From Burkholderiales bacterium (lineage in GTDB: Bacteria > Pseudomonadota > Gammaproteobacteria > Burkholderiales > SG8-39), in NCBI GenBank assembly GCA_050248795.1, contig JBFWRS010000011.1, positions 14,889 to 78,888 of the forward strand: a DNA stretch of 64,000 bases, read 5' to 3'. Numbering within the stretch: the first letter of the stretch is position 1; each line of letters starts with the position of its first letter. A model generated the notes under the pieces. That model did not search any database, was not told the origin of the DNA, and saw only the letters and a list, made by a program, of their open reading frames with translations. Positions 49,893-64,000 of the stretch are shown here, piece after piece. The position numbers and the translations under genes are program-made.

Positions 49893-49930
49893 CGCTCACT
49901 CCTGCGGGTTCGTGGCGATATGATATCGGC

Positions 49931-51136
49931 ATGCACGATGCCGTATGGATGAATGCAAGACTTGCAACGATGTCCGCGGGCGGAGCGCCCTGGGGCGCGG
50001 TCGAGGATGGCGTGATTGCGGTCGATGGCGGGCGTATCGCCTGGCTGGGTGCACGCAGGGACTGGAGCGGCCGCGCACGCGAAGAGCACGACGCGCGCGG
50101 CGCGTGGATCACTCCCGGGCTGGTCGACTGCCACACGCACCTGGTCTACGCGGGCAATCGCGCGAACGAGTTCGAGATGCGCCTGCAGGGCGCGAGCTAC
50201 GAGGAGATCGCGCGCGCAGGCGGCGGCATCGTCGCCACGGTCGGCGCGACTCGCGCGGCGAGCGAGGATGCGCTCGTCGCCGCCGGCAGGCGGCGCCTGG
50301 ACGACCTGCTGGCCGAAGGCGTGACGACGGTGGAAGTGAAATCGGGCTACGGCCTGGACCTCGACGCCGAAGCGCGCACGCTGCGCGCGGCGCGGCGCCT
50401 GGGCGCCGAAGCGCCAGTCGGCGTGAAGACGACCTACCTCGGTGCGCATGCGGTGCCGCCCGAATACAGGGGCCGCGCGGACGCCTACATCGATTTCGTC
50501 TGCGACGAAGCAATGCCGGCAATCGCGCGCGAAGGGCTGGCGGACGCGGTCGATGCGTTCTGCGAGGGCATCGGCTTCACGCCGGAACAGACCGTGCGCG
50601 TGTTCGATGCCGCGCGTGCGCTCGGCTTGCCGGTGAAGCTGCACGCCGACCAGCTGAGCGACTGCGGCGGCGCGGCGCTGGCGGCGCGCTGCGGCGCGCT
50701 GTCCGCGGACCACCTGGAATACAGCGCCGAAGCCGGGGTGCAGGCGATGGCGGCGGCAGGTACGGTCGCCGTGCTGCTGCCGGGGGCGTTCTACTTCCTG
50801 CGCGAGAAGCAGCTGCCGCCGGTGGACGCGCTGCGCCGACACGGCACCGCGATCGCGCTCGCCACCGACTGCAATCCGGGTTCTTCGCCGGTGACCTCGC
50901 TGCTGCTGGTGATGAACATGGCGTGCACGCTGTTTCGCCTCACGCCGGAGGAGGCGCTGGCGGGCGTCACGCGTAACGGCGCCCGGGCGCTTCGCCTTGG
51001 CGCCACGCACGGCACGCTGGAGGCCGGCAAGGTTGCCGACTTCGTGCTCTGGGACATCGACTCGCCCGCAGAGCTCGCCTACGCCATCGGCGCCAATCCG
51101 CGGCAGGCTACGGTGCGCGCCGGCCGCACGGCTTAG
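49931..51136 (+). CDS. hutI: Imidazolonepropionase
   Basis: 401 aa: [41 protein letters not shown]. Confidence 0.95.
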   Translation: MHDAVWMNARLATMSAGGAPWGAVEDGVIAVDGGRIAWLGARRDWSGRAREEHDARGAWITPGLVDCHTHLVYAGNRANEFEMRLQGASYEEIARAGGGIVATVGATRAASEDALVAAGRRRLDDLLAEGVTTVEVKSGYGLDLDAEARTLRAARRLGAEAPVGVKTTYLGAHAVPPEYRGRADAYIDFVCDEAMPAIAREGLADAVDAFCEGIGFTPEQTVRVFDAARALGLPVKLHADQLSDCGGAALAARCGALSADHLEYSAEAGVQAMAAAGTVAVLLPGAFYFLREKQLPPVDALRRHGTAIALATDCNPGSSPVTSLLLVMNMACTLFRLTPEEALAGVTRNGARALRLGATHGTLEAGKVADFVLWDIDSPAELAYAIGANPRQATVRAGRTA

Positions 51137-51143
51137 CCGAGGG

Positions 51144-52591
51144 TCAGCCGCTGGAGGGCAGCAGTCCTGCGGCGTGTGCGTTGAAGCGTCCGGCCGCCAC
51201 CAGCGCCTTTACCGCCTCGATGTCGGCGGCGAAATAGCGGTCCTTGTCGTAGAACGGCACGCAGGCGCGGATTTCCTTCACTACCTGCTGCAAGGCGGCC
51301 GAAGTCCTGCGCGGCGCGCGGAAATCCACGCCCTGTGCCGCGGCGAGCAGCTCGATGGCGACGATGCCCGCGGTGTTGTCGGCCATGTCGGCCAGTCGCC
51401 TCGCAGCGAAGGTCGCCATGCTGACGTGGTCCTCCTGGTTTGCCGAGGTCGGCAGGCTGTCTACGCTGGCCGGGTGCGCGAGCGACTTGTTCTCGCTTGC
51501 AAGCGCGGCCGCGGTGACCTGCGCGATCATGAAGCCGGAGTTCAGCCCGCCGTGCTCGACCAGGAACGGCGGCAGGCGGCTGATGCTGCCGTCGATCAGC
51601 AGCGCGATGCGGCGCTCCGACAGCGCGCCGATTTCCGCGCAGGCAAGCGCCAGCGTGTCGGCGGCGAGCGCCACCGGCTCGGCGTGGAAGTTCCCGCCGG
51701 AGAGCACGTCGCCGCTGTCCGGGAACACCAGCGGATTGTCCGAGACGCCGTTGGCCTCTGTGCGCAAGGTGGCTGCGGCTGCGCCCATCAGGTCGAGGCA
51801 GGCGCCCATCACCTGCGGCTGGCAGCGCAGCGAGTACGGGTCCTGCACGCGGTCATCGCCCTTCAGGTGCGAGGCGCGGATGCCGCTGCCCGCCAGCAAG
51901 TCGCGGTAGCGCGCCGCAACCGCGATCTGCCCGGCGTGGCCGCGCAGCTCGTGGATGCGGGCATCGAAGGGCGTGTCGCTGCCCATCGCCGCGTCCACCG
52001 AAAGTGCACCGGCAACCAGCGCCGCGGCGAATGCGTTCTCGATGGCGAACAGGCCGCGCAACGCAAGCGCGGTGGAGACCTGCGTGCCGTTCAGGAGCGC
52101 GAGGCCCTCCTTGGGTGCAAAGCGCATCGGCATCAATGCCATTGCCAGGTGCGCCAGCGGTGCCAGGTCTCCCGAGGCGCCGACCGAACCCTTGGCAGGG
52201 ATGCGCGGATAGCGCCGGCTGTTGTACAGCGCGAGCAGCGCCTCGATGGTTTCGGGACGGGCGCCGGAGCGCCCGCGCGCGAGGCTCGCGACCTTCAGGG
52301 CGATAACCATGCGCACGGCGTCGTCCGTCAGCGGCGGGCCCACGCCCGCGGCATGCGACAGCACGAGGTTCTCCTGCAGCGCGGCGAGGTCGTCGTCGTC
52401 GATCTTCGTCTGCGCGAGCTTGCCGAACCCGGTATTGATGCCGTAGGCAGGGGCGCCTGCGTCGACGATGCGTTGCACGGCGGCGACACCGGCGCGCAGG
52501 TCCGGCAGGCACGCCGGGTCGAGTTCCAGCGCGATGCCGTCCTCGGCCACCCTGCGCAGGGCGGCGAGCGACAGCGGTGTTGCGCCGAGCT

Positions 52592-52595
<4 letters not shown>
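51144..52595 (-). CDS. hutH: Histidine ammonia-lyase
   Basis: 483 aa: [24 protein letters not shown] (MIO-forming ASG), [10 protein letters not shown]. Confidence 0.95.
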
Positions 52596-54258
<1,663 letters not shown>

Positions 54259-54262
<4 letters not shown>

Positions 54263-55407
54263 GTCGTTCCCCATACAAGTCTGGCGGTCTCCATCATCAC
54301 GTCGAGCTTCGCCCATTGCTCGGCTTCGCTAAGCAGGTTGCCGCCGATGCCGGAGGCGAACCCGCATTGCGGGCTGATGGCAATCTGTTCCAGCGGCACG
54401 AAGCGCGCGGCATCGTCGATGCGCCTGCGCAGCTCGTCCACCGTCTCCACGCGCCCGGTCTTGGTGGTGATGATGCCGAGCACCACGATGGTGCCCTTGC
54501 CGACGAAGCGCAGCGGCTCGAAGCCGCCGGCACGCTCGGTGTCGTACTCGAGCAGCAGGCGATCATAGGCGAGGCCGCCGAACAGCGTTTCCGCGATCGC
54601 GTCGTACTTGCCTTCGCGGTGCCACATGCTGGCACGGTTGCCGCGGCACACGTGCAGGCCGAAGGTCGCCCGGCCTTTCAGCCCGGCAATCACCGCGTTG
54701 TCGGCCTCGACCGCGCGCTTCAGGCTGCGCAGGGGATCTTCGCCGCGCGCCTGCATGCGCTCGAGCGTCGCGGGGTCGACGTAGCCGGTGTAGCTGGGCT
54801 CGTCGATCTGCACGTAGTCGCAGCCGGCGTCGACCAGTTCGCCCACCATGCGCCGCTGGATCGCCACCACGTCGGCGAGGAATTCATCCGCACCGGCATA
54901 GTGGCCGCGCGATCCCTCGATGTCGCACATCTGGTGCACCCGGTCGGCACCCATCAGCGTGACCTTGACCGGGCCGCGGGCGACCGACTTGAGGAAACGC
55001 AGCTCCTCGAGCGGGAAGTTCCGCTTCAGCGACAGCTTCGCCGTCGCCGGAATCTTGAACGTGAGCACCGCATCGTCTCCCCGGTGCAGCGGGGTCTCGT
55101 GCGCCGCCTTGTCGCCCGGGTTCTGGAGAAACTTCTTCCATGAACCCTGCCACAGGTCCCAGCCGGACACCTCGGAGAAGCTGACCTGCCAGTTCAGGCG
55201 GCGGAACTCGCCGTCGGTGACGGCCGGCAATCCGTGCTTCTCCTGAATGCGCACTACGCTCCGGATCGCGTCATCCTGATCCGCGCGCAGCGCCGCGTCG
55301 TCTATCTCGCCGAGTGCGCGGCGGCGAAACTGCAGCTTCAGGGCTTCCGGTCTGAGCAGGCTACCTACGTGGTCGACGCGCAGCATCGGAGTCAAGGTCG
55401 TCGTCAT
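54259..55407 (-). CDS. Cobalamin-independent methionine-synthase-like protein (MetE C-terminal domain family, short form)
   Basis: 382 aa: [13 protein letters not shown].., Zn-ligand contexts HVCRGN and SPQCGFAS. Its stop overlaps the hutU ATG (ATGA). Start taken at ATG 55407. Confidence 0.75.
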
Positions 55408-55444
55408 CGAATAATTATCGCCCAAGCCGTTGCGAGGCGATTGA

Positions 55445-59293
<3,849 letters not shown>

Positions 59294-59294
59294 C

Positions 59295-59585
59295 ATGAAG
59301 TTGCTGGCCGGCATCCTTGCCGCGCTGATCGTGCTGATCCAGTATCCGCTGTGGATCGGCAAGGGGGGATGGCTGCGTGTACATGAATCCGACCGGCAGC
59401 TTTCGCTGCAGAAGGCGAGGAACGGGCAACTTCGCGCGCGCAATGCCGCGCTGGAGGCGGACGTGCGCGACCTGAAGCAGGGAACCGAGGCGATAGAGGA
59501 GCGCGCGCGCTACGAACTCGGCTTGGTCAAACCCGACGAGGTATTCTTCCAGTACGTCGACGCTCCCCCGGGAGGCACGAAATGA
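59295..59585 (+). CDS. ftsB: Cell division protein FtsB
   Basis: 96 aa with an N-terminal TM segment (LLAGILAALIVLIQYPLW) and a coiled coil. Conserved position after eno. Confidence 0.88.
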   Translation: MKLLAGILAALIVLIQYPLWIGKGGWLRVHESDRQLSLQKARNGQLRARNAALEADVRDLKQGTEAIEERARYELGLVKPDEVFFQYVDAPPGGTK

Positions 59586-60379
59586 AGCTGACTCAGGCGC
59601 AACTGGAGCAGTTCGATCGTCAGGGGTTCCTGTTCTTTCCGGCCCTCTTCTCGCGCGCCGAGGTAGCGTCGCTCGCTGCCGAGGTGCCGCGCATCTACGC
59701 CGAGTTCCGGCCGGAAGTGCAGCGCGAGAAGGACGGCAGGACCCCGCGCACCAGCTTTGCCGCCCATACGTACAACCCGGTGTTCGCGAAGCTTGCGCGT
59801 CACCCGCGCCTGGTCGGGCCGGTGGAGCAGGTGTTCGGCGAGAGGCTCTACATGCACCAGTTCAAGATCAACGGCAAGATGGCGTTCGACGGCGACGTCT
59901 GGCAGTGGCACCAGGACTTCGGCACCTGGCACCGCGACGACGAGATGCCGGAGCCGCGCGCGATGAACATTGCCCTGTTCCTCGACGAGGTGAACGAGCA
60001 CAACGCGCCGCTGATGTTCATCCCGGGCTCGCACAAGGGCGGCATCATCAGCGCCGGTCACGACACCAGCACGACCAGCTACCCGCTATGGACGATCGAC
60101 AAGGACACCATCGCCGGGCTGGTCGCGCGCGGCGGCATCGTGTCGCCCAAGGGCGCGCCCGGCAGCGTCATCATGTTCCACGCCAACCTGGTGCACGGTT
60201 CGGCGAGCAACATGAGCCCGTGGAACCGCAATATCGTCTACCTGTCCCTGTGTGCCGTGTCGAACCACATCCGGCGCTTCAAGCGCCCGGCGTACATCGC
60301 GCATCGCGATTTCACCCCCATCGAAGCCCTCGCGGACGACTGCCTGAATGAACCTGCACCGGCTGCTGCAGCAGCGTGA
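59582..60379 (+). CDS. Fe(II)/2-oxoglutarate dioxygenase, PhyH family, ectoine-hydroxylase-related
   Basis: 265 aa: WQWHQDFGTWHRDDEMP resembles the EctD signature. The distal His context is FHANLVHGSASNMSPWNR. Its ATG overlaps the ftsB stop. Confidence 0.8.
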   Translation: MKLTQAQLEQFDRQGFLFFPALFSRAEVASLAAEVPRIYAEFRPEVQREKDGRTPRTSFAAHTYNPVFAKLARHPRLVGPVEQVFGERLYMHQFKINGKMAFDGDVWQWHQDFGTWHRDDEMPEPRAMNIALFLDEVNEHNAPLMFIPGSHKGGIISAGHDTSTTSYPLWTIDKDTIAGLVARGGIVSPKGAPGSVIMFHANLVHGSASNMSPWNRNIVYLSLCAVSNHIRRFKRPAYIAHRDFTPIEALADDCLNEPAPAAAAA

Positions 60380-61706
60380 GGCGGCCGGAAAACCGCTGCG
60401 CGTCGGCGTCATCGGCGCCGGCAAGTTCGCCGCCATGTACCTCGCGCAGGTACCGCGCACGCCCGGCGTGCACCTGCTCGGCATTGCCGACCTTTCGCCG
60501 GCAAACGCAAGGCTGAACCTCGCCCGCGTCGGCTGGGACGAGGCGGCGCACGCCGCGCCTTCGCTGGATGCGGCGCTGAAGGAGCGTCGCACGCACGTCG
60601 GCGAGGACTGGCGGGCGCTGGTGTCGCACCCCGGCGTGGACATCATCCTCGAAGCCACGGGAAACCCGGTTGCGGCGGTCGAGCATGTGCTTGCGGCCTT
60701 CGCGCACGGCAAGCATGTGGTCATGATCACCGTCGAGGCCGACGCCTTCTGCGGGCCGATGCTCGCGCAGCGCGCCGAGCAGGCGGGCGTGGTGTACAGC
60801 CTGGCGTATGGCGACCAGCCGGCAATCATCTGCGACCTGGTGGACTGGGCGCGCAGCGCGGGCTTCGCGGTGATTGCCGCGGGCCGCGGCCACAAGTGGC
60901 TGCCGCATTTCGCGCAATCGACGCCGGAAACGGTATGGGGATACTACGGCCTCACCGAGGAGCAGGCGCGCGTCGGCGGGCTGAATCCGAAGATGTTCAA
61001 CTCCTTCCTCGACGGCTCGAAGCCGGCGATCGAATCCAGCGCGGTGTGCAACGCCACCGGCCTCACGCCGGCGCCGGAAGGCCTGCTGTACCCGCCGGCC
61101 GCGGTCGATGACATTCCGCTGGTGATGCGTCCGCGCGAGGAGGGCGGACAGCTGCATCACAAGGGGCAGGTCGAAGTGATCTCGTCCTTGGAGCGCGACG
61201 GCCGGCCGATTCCCTACGACATCCGCTTCGGCGTCTGGGTGGTTTTCGAGGGCGAGTCCGAGTACATCCGCCGCTGCTTCACCGAGTACGGCATACGCAC
61301 AGATCCATCCGGGCGCTATGCCTGCATGTACAAGCGCTGGCACCTGATCGGGCTCGAGGTCGGCATCTCGGTGGCATCGGTGGGCCTGCGGCGCGAGCCG
61401 ACCGGCTGCGCCACCGGCTTCCGCGCCGATGCGGTGGCAGTGGCCAAGCGCGCGCTGAAGCCGGGCGAGATCCTCGACGGCGAAGGCGGCTATACGGTGG
61501 CCGGACGGCTGATGCCCGCGCAGGACTCACTGAACGCGGGCTGCCTGCCGCTCGGCCTGGCTCACGGCGTAAAGATGCTCAAGGCGGTCGCTGCCGGTCA
61601 GGCGGTGCGCTGGAGCGACGTGGCGGTCGACTCGGGCCTGGCGGCGGTGAAACTGCGGCAGGAGATGGAAGCGACGTTTGGTACGCGGACACGGGAGGCG
61701 GCCTGA
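60348..61706 (+). CDS. NAD(P)-binding oxidoreductase with C-terminal SAF domain (COG4091-type, homoserine-dehydrogenase-like)
   Basis: 452 aa. Rossmann motif RVGVIGAGKFAAMY. C-terminal SAF-like region RALKPGEILDGEGGYTV.G. Overlaps the upstream dioxygenase gene by 32 nt. Confidence 0.7.
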   Translation: MNLHRLLQQREAAGKPLRVGVIGAGKFAAMYLAQVPRTPGVHLLGIADLSPANARLNLARVGWDEAAHAAPSLDAALKERRTHVGEDWRALVSHPGVDIILEATGNPVAAVEHVLAAFAHGKHVVMITVEADAFCGPMLAQRAEQAGVVYSLAYGDQPAIICDLVDWARSAGFAVIAAGRGHKWLPHFAQSTPETVWGYYGLTEEQARVGGLNPKMFNSFLDGSKPAIESSAVCNATGLTPAPEGLLYPPAAVDDIPLVMRPREEGGQLHHKGQVEVISSLERDGRPIPYDIRFGVWVVFEGESEYIRRCFTEYGIRTDPSGRYACMYKRWHLIGLEVGISVASVGLRREPTGCATGFRADAVAVAKRALKPGEILDGEGGYTVAGRLMPAQDSLNAGCLPLGLAHGVKMLKAVAAGQAVRWSDVAVDSGLAAVKLRQEMEATFGTRTREAA

Positions 61707-62350
61707 CCGAGTGGCGTCTGCAGGGCGACTGGTGGGACCTGTGCAATTGCGCGATCGGCTGTCCTTGCGTGTTCAGCTCGCCGCCGACGCTCGGCTATTG
61801 CGAAGGCGTGCTGACCTGGCTGATCCGCGACGGTCACTACGGCGAAGTGAAGCTGGGCGGCCTCGCGGTCGTTCTGGTGATCCGCTTCGAAGGCACGGTG
61901 TTCGAGAAGAACCGGCAGTTCGGCTTCCTCATCGACGACAGGGCGGACGCCGCGCAGCGCGATGCGCTGCGTACGATCTTCCTCGGCAAGGCGGGCGGCG
62001 CATTCGCCGCGTGGGCGGAGCTGACGATCCAGGTGGACGGGGTCGAATTCGTGAAGATGGACGTGTCGCAGGATGCCGAGCACTGGCGCGTCGATGTGCC
62101 GGGCTGGATCGAGGGCCTGGGCGGGCCGTTCCGCAAGTACATGGTTCCGGAAGGGGACACGTGCCGCATCACCAACGCGCCGCGTCCGGAGGTGGTACCG
62201 GGTTACATCACGGTAGGGGAGGCCAAGCGCAACGTGGTCAAGGGCATTTTCGGCCGCAACTGGGACTGGTCAGGACGCTCAGCCAAGCACATCGGCTTCG
62301 ACCTGCGCGGGCCGAACGCGTTTACCTGGCGAAAGCCGGTCACGGCCTGA
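61703..62350 (+). CDS. DUF1326 family protein
   Basis: The track ORF starts at GTG 61769. The family-typical N-terminus W.L.GDWWDLCNCAIGCPC is encoded in frame upstream of that GTG. The only in-frame candidate start is CTG at 61703, which overlaps the upstream TGA. The 5' boundary is therefore uncertain. Confidence 0.65.
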   Translation: MTEWRLQGDWWDLCNCAIGCPCVFSSPPTLGYCEGVLTWLIRDGHYGEVKLGGLAVVLVIRFEGTVFEKNRQFGFLIDDRADAAQRDALRTIFLGKAGGAFAAWAELTIQVDGVEFVKMDVSQDAEHWRVDVPGWIEGLGGPFRKYMVPEGDTCRITNAPRPEVVPGYITVGEAKRNVVKGIFGRNWDWSGRSAKHIGFDLRGPNAFTWRKPVTA

Positions 62351-62356
62351 GGCGGC

Positions 62357-62986
62357 ATGGGCTGGACCGCCGGGCACTTCGCGGCAGTCCTCGCCATGTG
62401 GATCGTGATGATGGCGGCGATGATGCTGCCCTCCAGCTATCCGATGATCCGTGCGTTCGCGACCATCAACCGCAGGCGGCGCGAGCGTTCTGCGCCCTAC
62501 GTCGCGACCACCGTATTCATCCTCGGCTACCTCGTGGCATGGAGCGCATTCAGCCTCGCCGCGACGCTCGCGCACTGGGCGCTCGAGCGGCAGGGACTGG
62601 TGAACGTCGACATGGAATCGGCCTCCGCGGGCTTCACTGCGGCGCTGTTCCTTGCCGCCGGCATCTACCAGTGGACGCCACTGAAGGACGCCTGCCTCAC
62701 GCGCTGCCGGTCCACCGACGGATTCATCCTGTCGGAATGGCGCGATGGTGCTGCAGGGGCCATCCTGATGGGACTGCGCCACGGACAGTTCTGCGTCGGC
62801 TGTTGCGCAGGCCTGATGCTGCTGCTGTTTGCGGTGGCGATGATGGACTGGCGCTGGGTTCTGGCGCTTGCGCTGCTGGTCGCCATCGAGAAACTGCTGC
62901 CGATGCCCGCCTTCTGGCGCCATGCCATAGGCGCGGCGCTGACCGGGACGGGCATCGTGCTCGGTGTCAGCCTTCTCGTTCCTTGA
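62357..62986 (+). CDS. DUF2182 family predicted metal-binding membrane protein
   Basis: 209 aa, multi-TM, with the Met-rich helix MWIVMMAAMMLPS and Cys motifs CLTRC and CVGCC. DUF2182 commonly partners DUF1326. Confidence 0.7.
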   Translation: MGWTAGHFAAVLAMWIVMMAAMMLPSSYPMIRAFATINRRRRERSAPYVATTVFILGYLVAWSAFSLAATLAHWALERQGLVNVDMESASAGFTAALFLAAGIYQWTPLKDACLTRCRSTDGFILSEWRDGAAGAILMGLRHGQFCVGCCAGLMLLLFAVAMMDWRWVLALALLVAIEKLLPMPAFWRHAIGAALTGTGIVLGVSLLVP

Positions 62987-63356
62987 ACACTTCCCTGGCG
63001 AGGTGGAACGCAGTCACCGCTGCGGGCACGCCGCAGTAGATCGCCGCCTGCATCAGCACTTCACGGATCTCCTCCTTGGTGACGCCGTTGTTCAGCGCGC
63101 CGTTCAGGTGCAGCTTCAGCTCGGCGCCACGGTTCAATGCCGTAAGCATGGCGAGATTCAGCAGGCTGCGTGTCTTGCGGTCCAGTCCAGGACGGTTCCA
63201 GACGTCGTTCCAGCAGTAGGTGTTGAGCATCTCGACGAAGGGGCGGTTGAAGTCGTCCACTGCCGCCATCGACTTGTCTACATAGCCCGCGCCCAGCACT
63301 TCCTTGCGGGTCTTTAGGCCGTCATCGAATCTTTCCTTGTGGGAACGCTTGTCCAT
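62967..63356 (-). CDS. pcaC: 4-carboxymuconolactone decarboxylase (CMD family)
   Basis: 129 aa from the internal ATG 63356: NRPGLDRKTRSLLNLAMLTALNRGAELKLHLNGALNNGVTKEEIREVLMQAAIYCGVPAA. Confidence 0.75.
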   Translation of the reverse strand: MDKRSHKERFDDGLKTRKEVLGAGYVDKSMAAVDDFNRPFVEMLNTYCWNDVWNRPGLDRKTRSLLNLAMLTALNRGAELKLHLNGALNNGVTKEEIREVLMQAAIYCGVPAAVTAFHLAREVFKEREG

Positions 63357-63466
63357 CGTCTGCTTCTCCTGGGTTGAACGGATTTTCGTCCGGGGAAAGT
63401 ATACTGGCAGCACATGTTCCCGGACGCCCGAGTTCCCCGATCCGTGCGTGAAGATCCCGCCTCCAG

Positions 63467-64000
63467 ATGATCCGCGCCGTCGCCGAGATCTTCTCGGAAT
63501 CCTCAGTGATCCAATCATTGCTTCGCGTCGAGGCGGCGCTGGCGCAGGCTCAGGCACAGGTCGGCGTCATTCCCGCGGAAGCCGCGCGCACGATAGCCGC
63601 GCACGCACGCATCGACGAACTCGATGTGCCGAAGCTCCGCGAGCAGACGCGCAGGACCGGCTATCCGGTCGCGCCGCTGGTGCGGCAGTTGACCGCGGCC
63701 TGCGGCGAGCACGGCCGCTATGTGCACTGGGGCGCCACCACGCAGGACATCCTGAACACCGCGCTGGCGCTGCAGGTGAACGAGAGCCTCGCGCGGCTGC
63801 ATGCCGAGTTGCGCGCCGCGATGAAGGCGCTTGCAGGGCTGGTGCGCACCCACCGCGACACGCTGATGGTCGGGCGCACCTTCGGCGGCCACGCGCTACC
63901 GATCACCTTCGGCTTCAAGGCCGCGGTGTGGCTTTCCGGCTTGCTGAGGCATGCGCAGCGCCTGCGCAACCTGCGTGACCGGCCGCTCGAAGGCGAGTTT
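63467..64000 (+). CDS. Lyase-1 (fumarase/adenylosuccinate lyase) family protein, 3-carboxy-cis,cis-muconate cycloisomerase-like. Partial: runs off the window.
   Basis: Translation from ATG 63467: MIRAVAEIFSESSVIQSLLRVEAALAQAQAQVGVIP...YVHWGATTQDILNTA...MVGRTFGGHALPITFG. No stop in the window, so it is not in the track. Confidence 0.7.
   Translation, partial: MIRAVAEIFSESSVIQSLLRVEAALAQAQAQVGVIPAEAARTIAAHARIDELDVPKLREQTRRTGYPVAPLVRQLTAACGEHGRYVHWGATTQDILNTALALQVNESLARLHAELRAAMKALAGLVRTHRDTLMVGRTFGGHALPITFGFKAAVWLSGLLRHAQRLRNLRDRPLEGEF

Overview
GC-rich proteobacterial chromosome segment, with synteny typical of Beta- and Gammaproteobacteria. It is almost fully coding, and I saw no IS element, integrase, prophage or CRISPR array. 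Housekeeping blocks: tRNA-Leu, tig-clpP-clpX-lon-hupB, tRNA-Val, tRNA-Asp, ppiD; then fabI, a Yej/Opp-like ABC importer, mltD, gloB, a methyltransferase, rnhA, dnaQ; and pyrG-kdsA-eno-ftsB. Metabolic blocks lie between them. These are: (1) an acyl-CoA ligase and enoyl-CoA hydratase; (2) a roughly 10.5 kb CoA-dependent catabolic cluster (UbiD-type decarboxylase, two acyl-CoA dehydrogenases, an enolase-superfamily enzyme, a 2-hydroxyacid dehydrogenase, a CoA-transferase, an SDR and a class II aldolase); (3) a Crp-like regulator with a class III nucleotide cyclase; (4) etfBA, an acyl-CoA dehydrogenase, ETF-QO, a thioesterase and acetoacetyl-CoA synthetase; (5) a histidine-utilisation cluster that carries a formiminotransferase-cyclodeaminase instead of hutG or hutF. 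The best candidates for undescribed biology are three. First, a tightly coupled four-gene module fused behind ftsB (EctD-like dioxygenase, SAF-domain oxidoreductase, DUF1326, DUF2182). Second, a small basic ORF, a DUF6065-like protein and a DMT exporter that look like one operon. Third, a C2H2-type zinc-finger-like insertion inside the formiminotransferase-cyclodeaminase. Also notable are a triplicated 40-bp hairpin repeat copying the 3' end of a DUF962 gene and a sharply AT-rich palindrome-bearing intergenic island. Many long ORFs in the track are antisense artefacts of the high GC content. Several true starts are internal to the listed ORFs or use GTG, TTG or possibly CTG. All family assignments come from reading motifs by eye and need HMM or BLAST confirmation.
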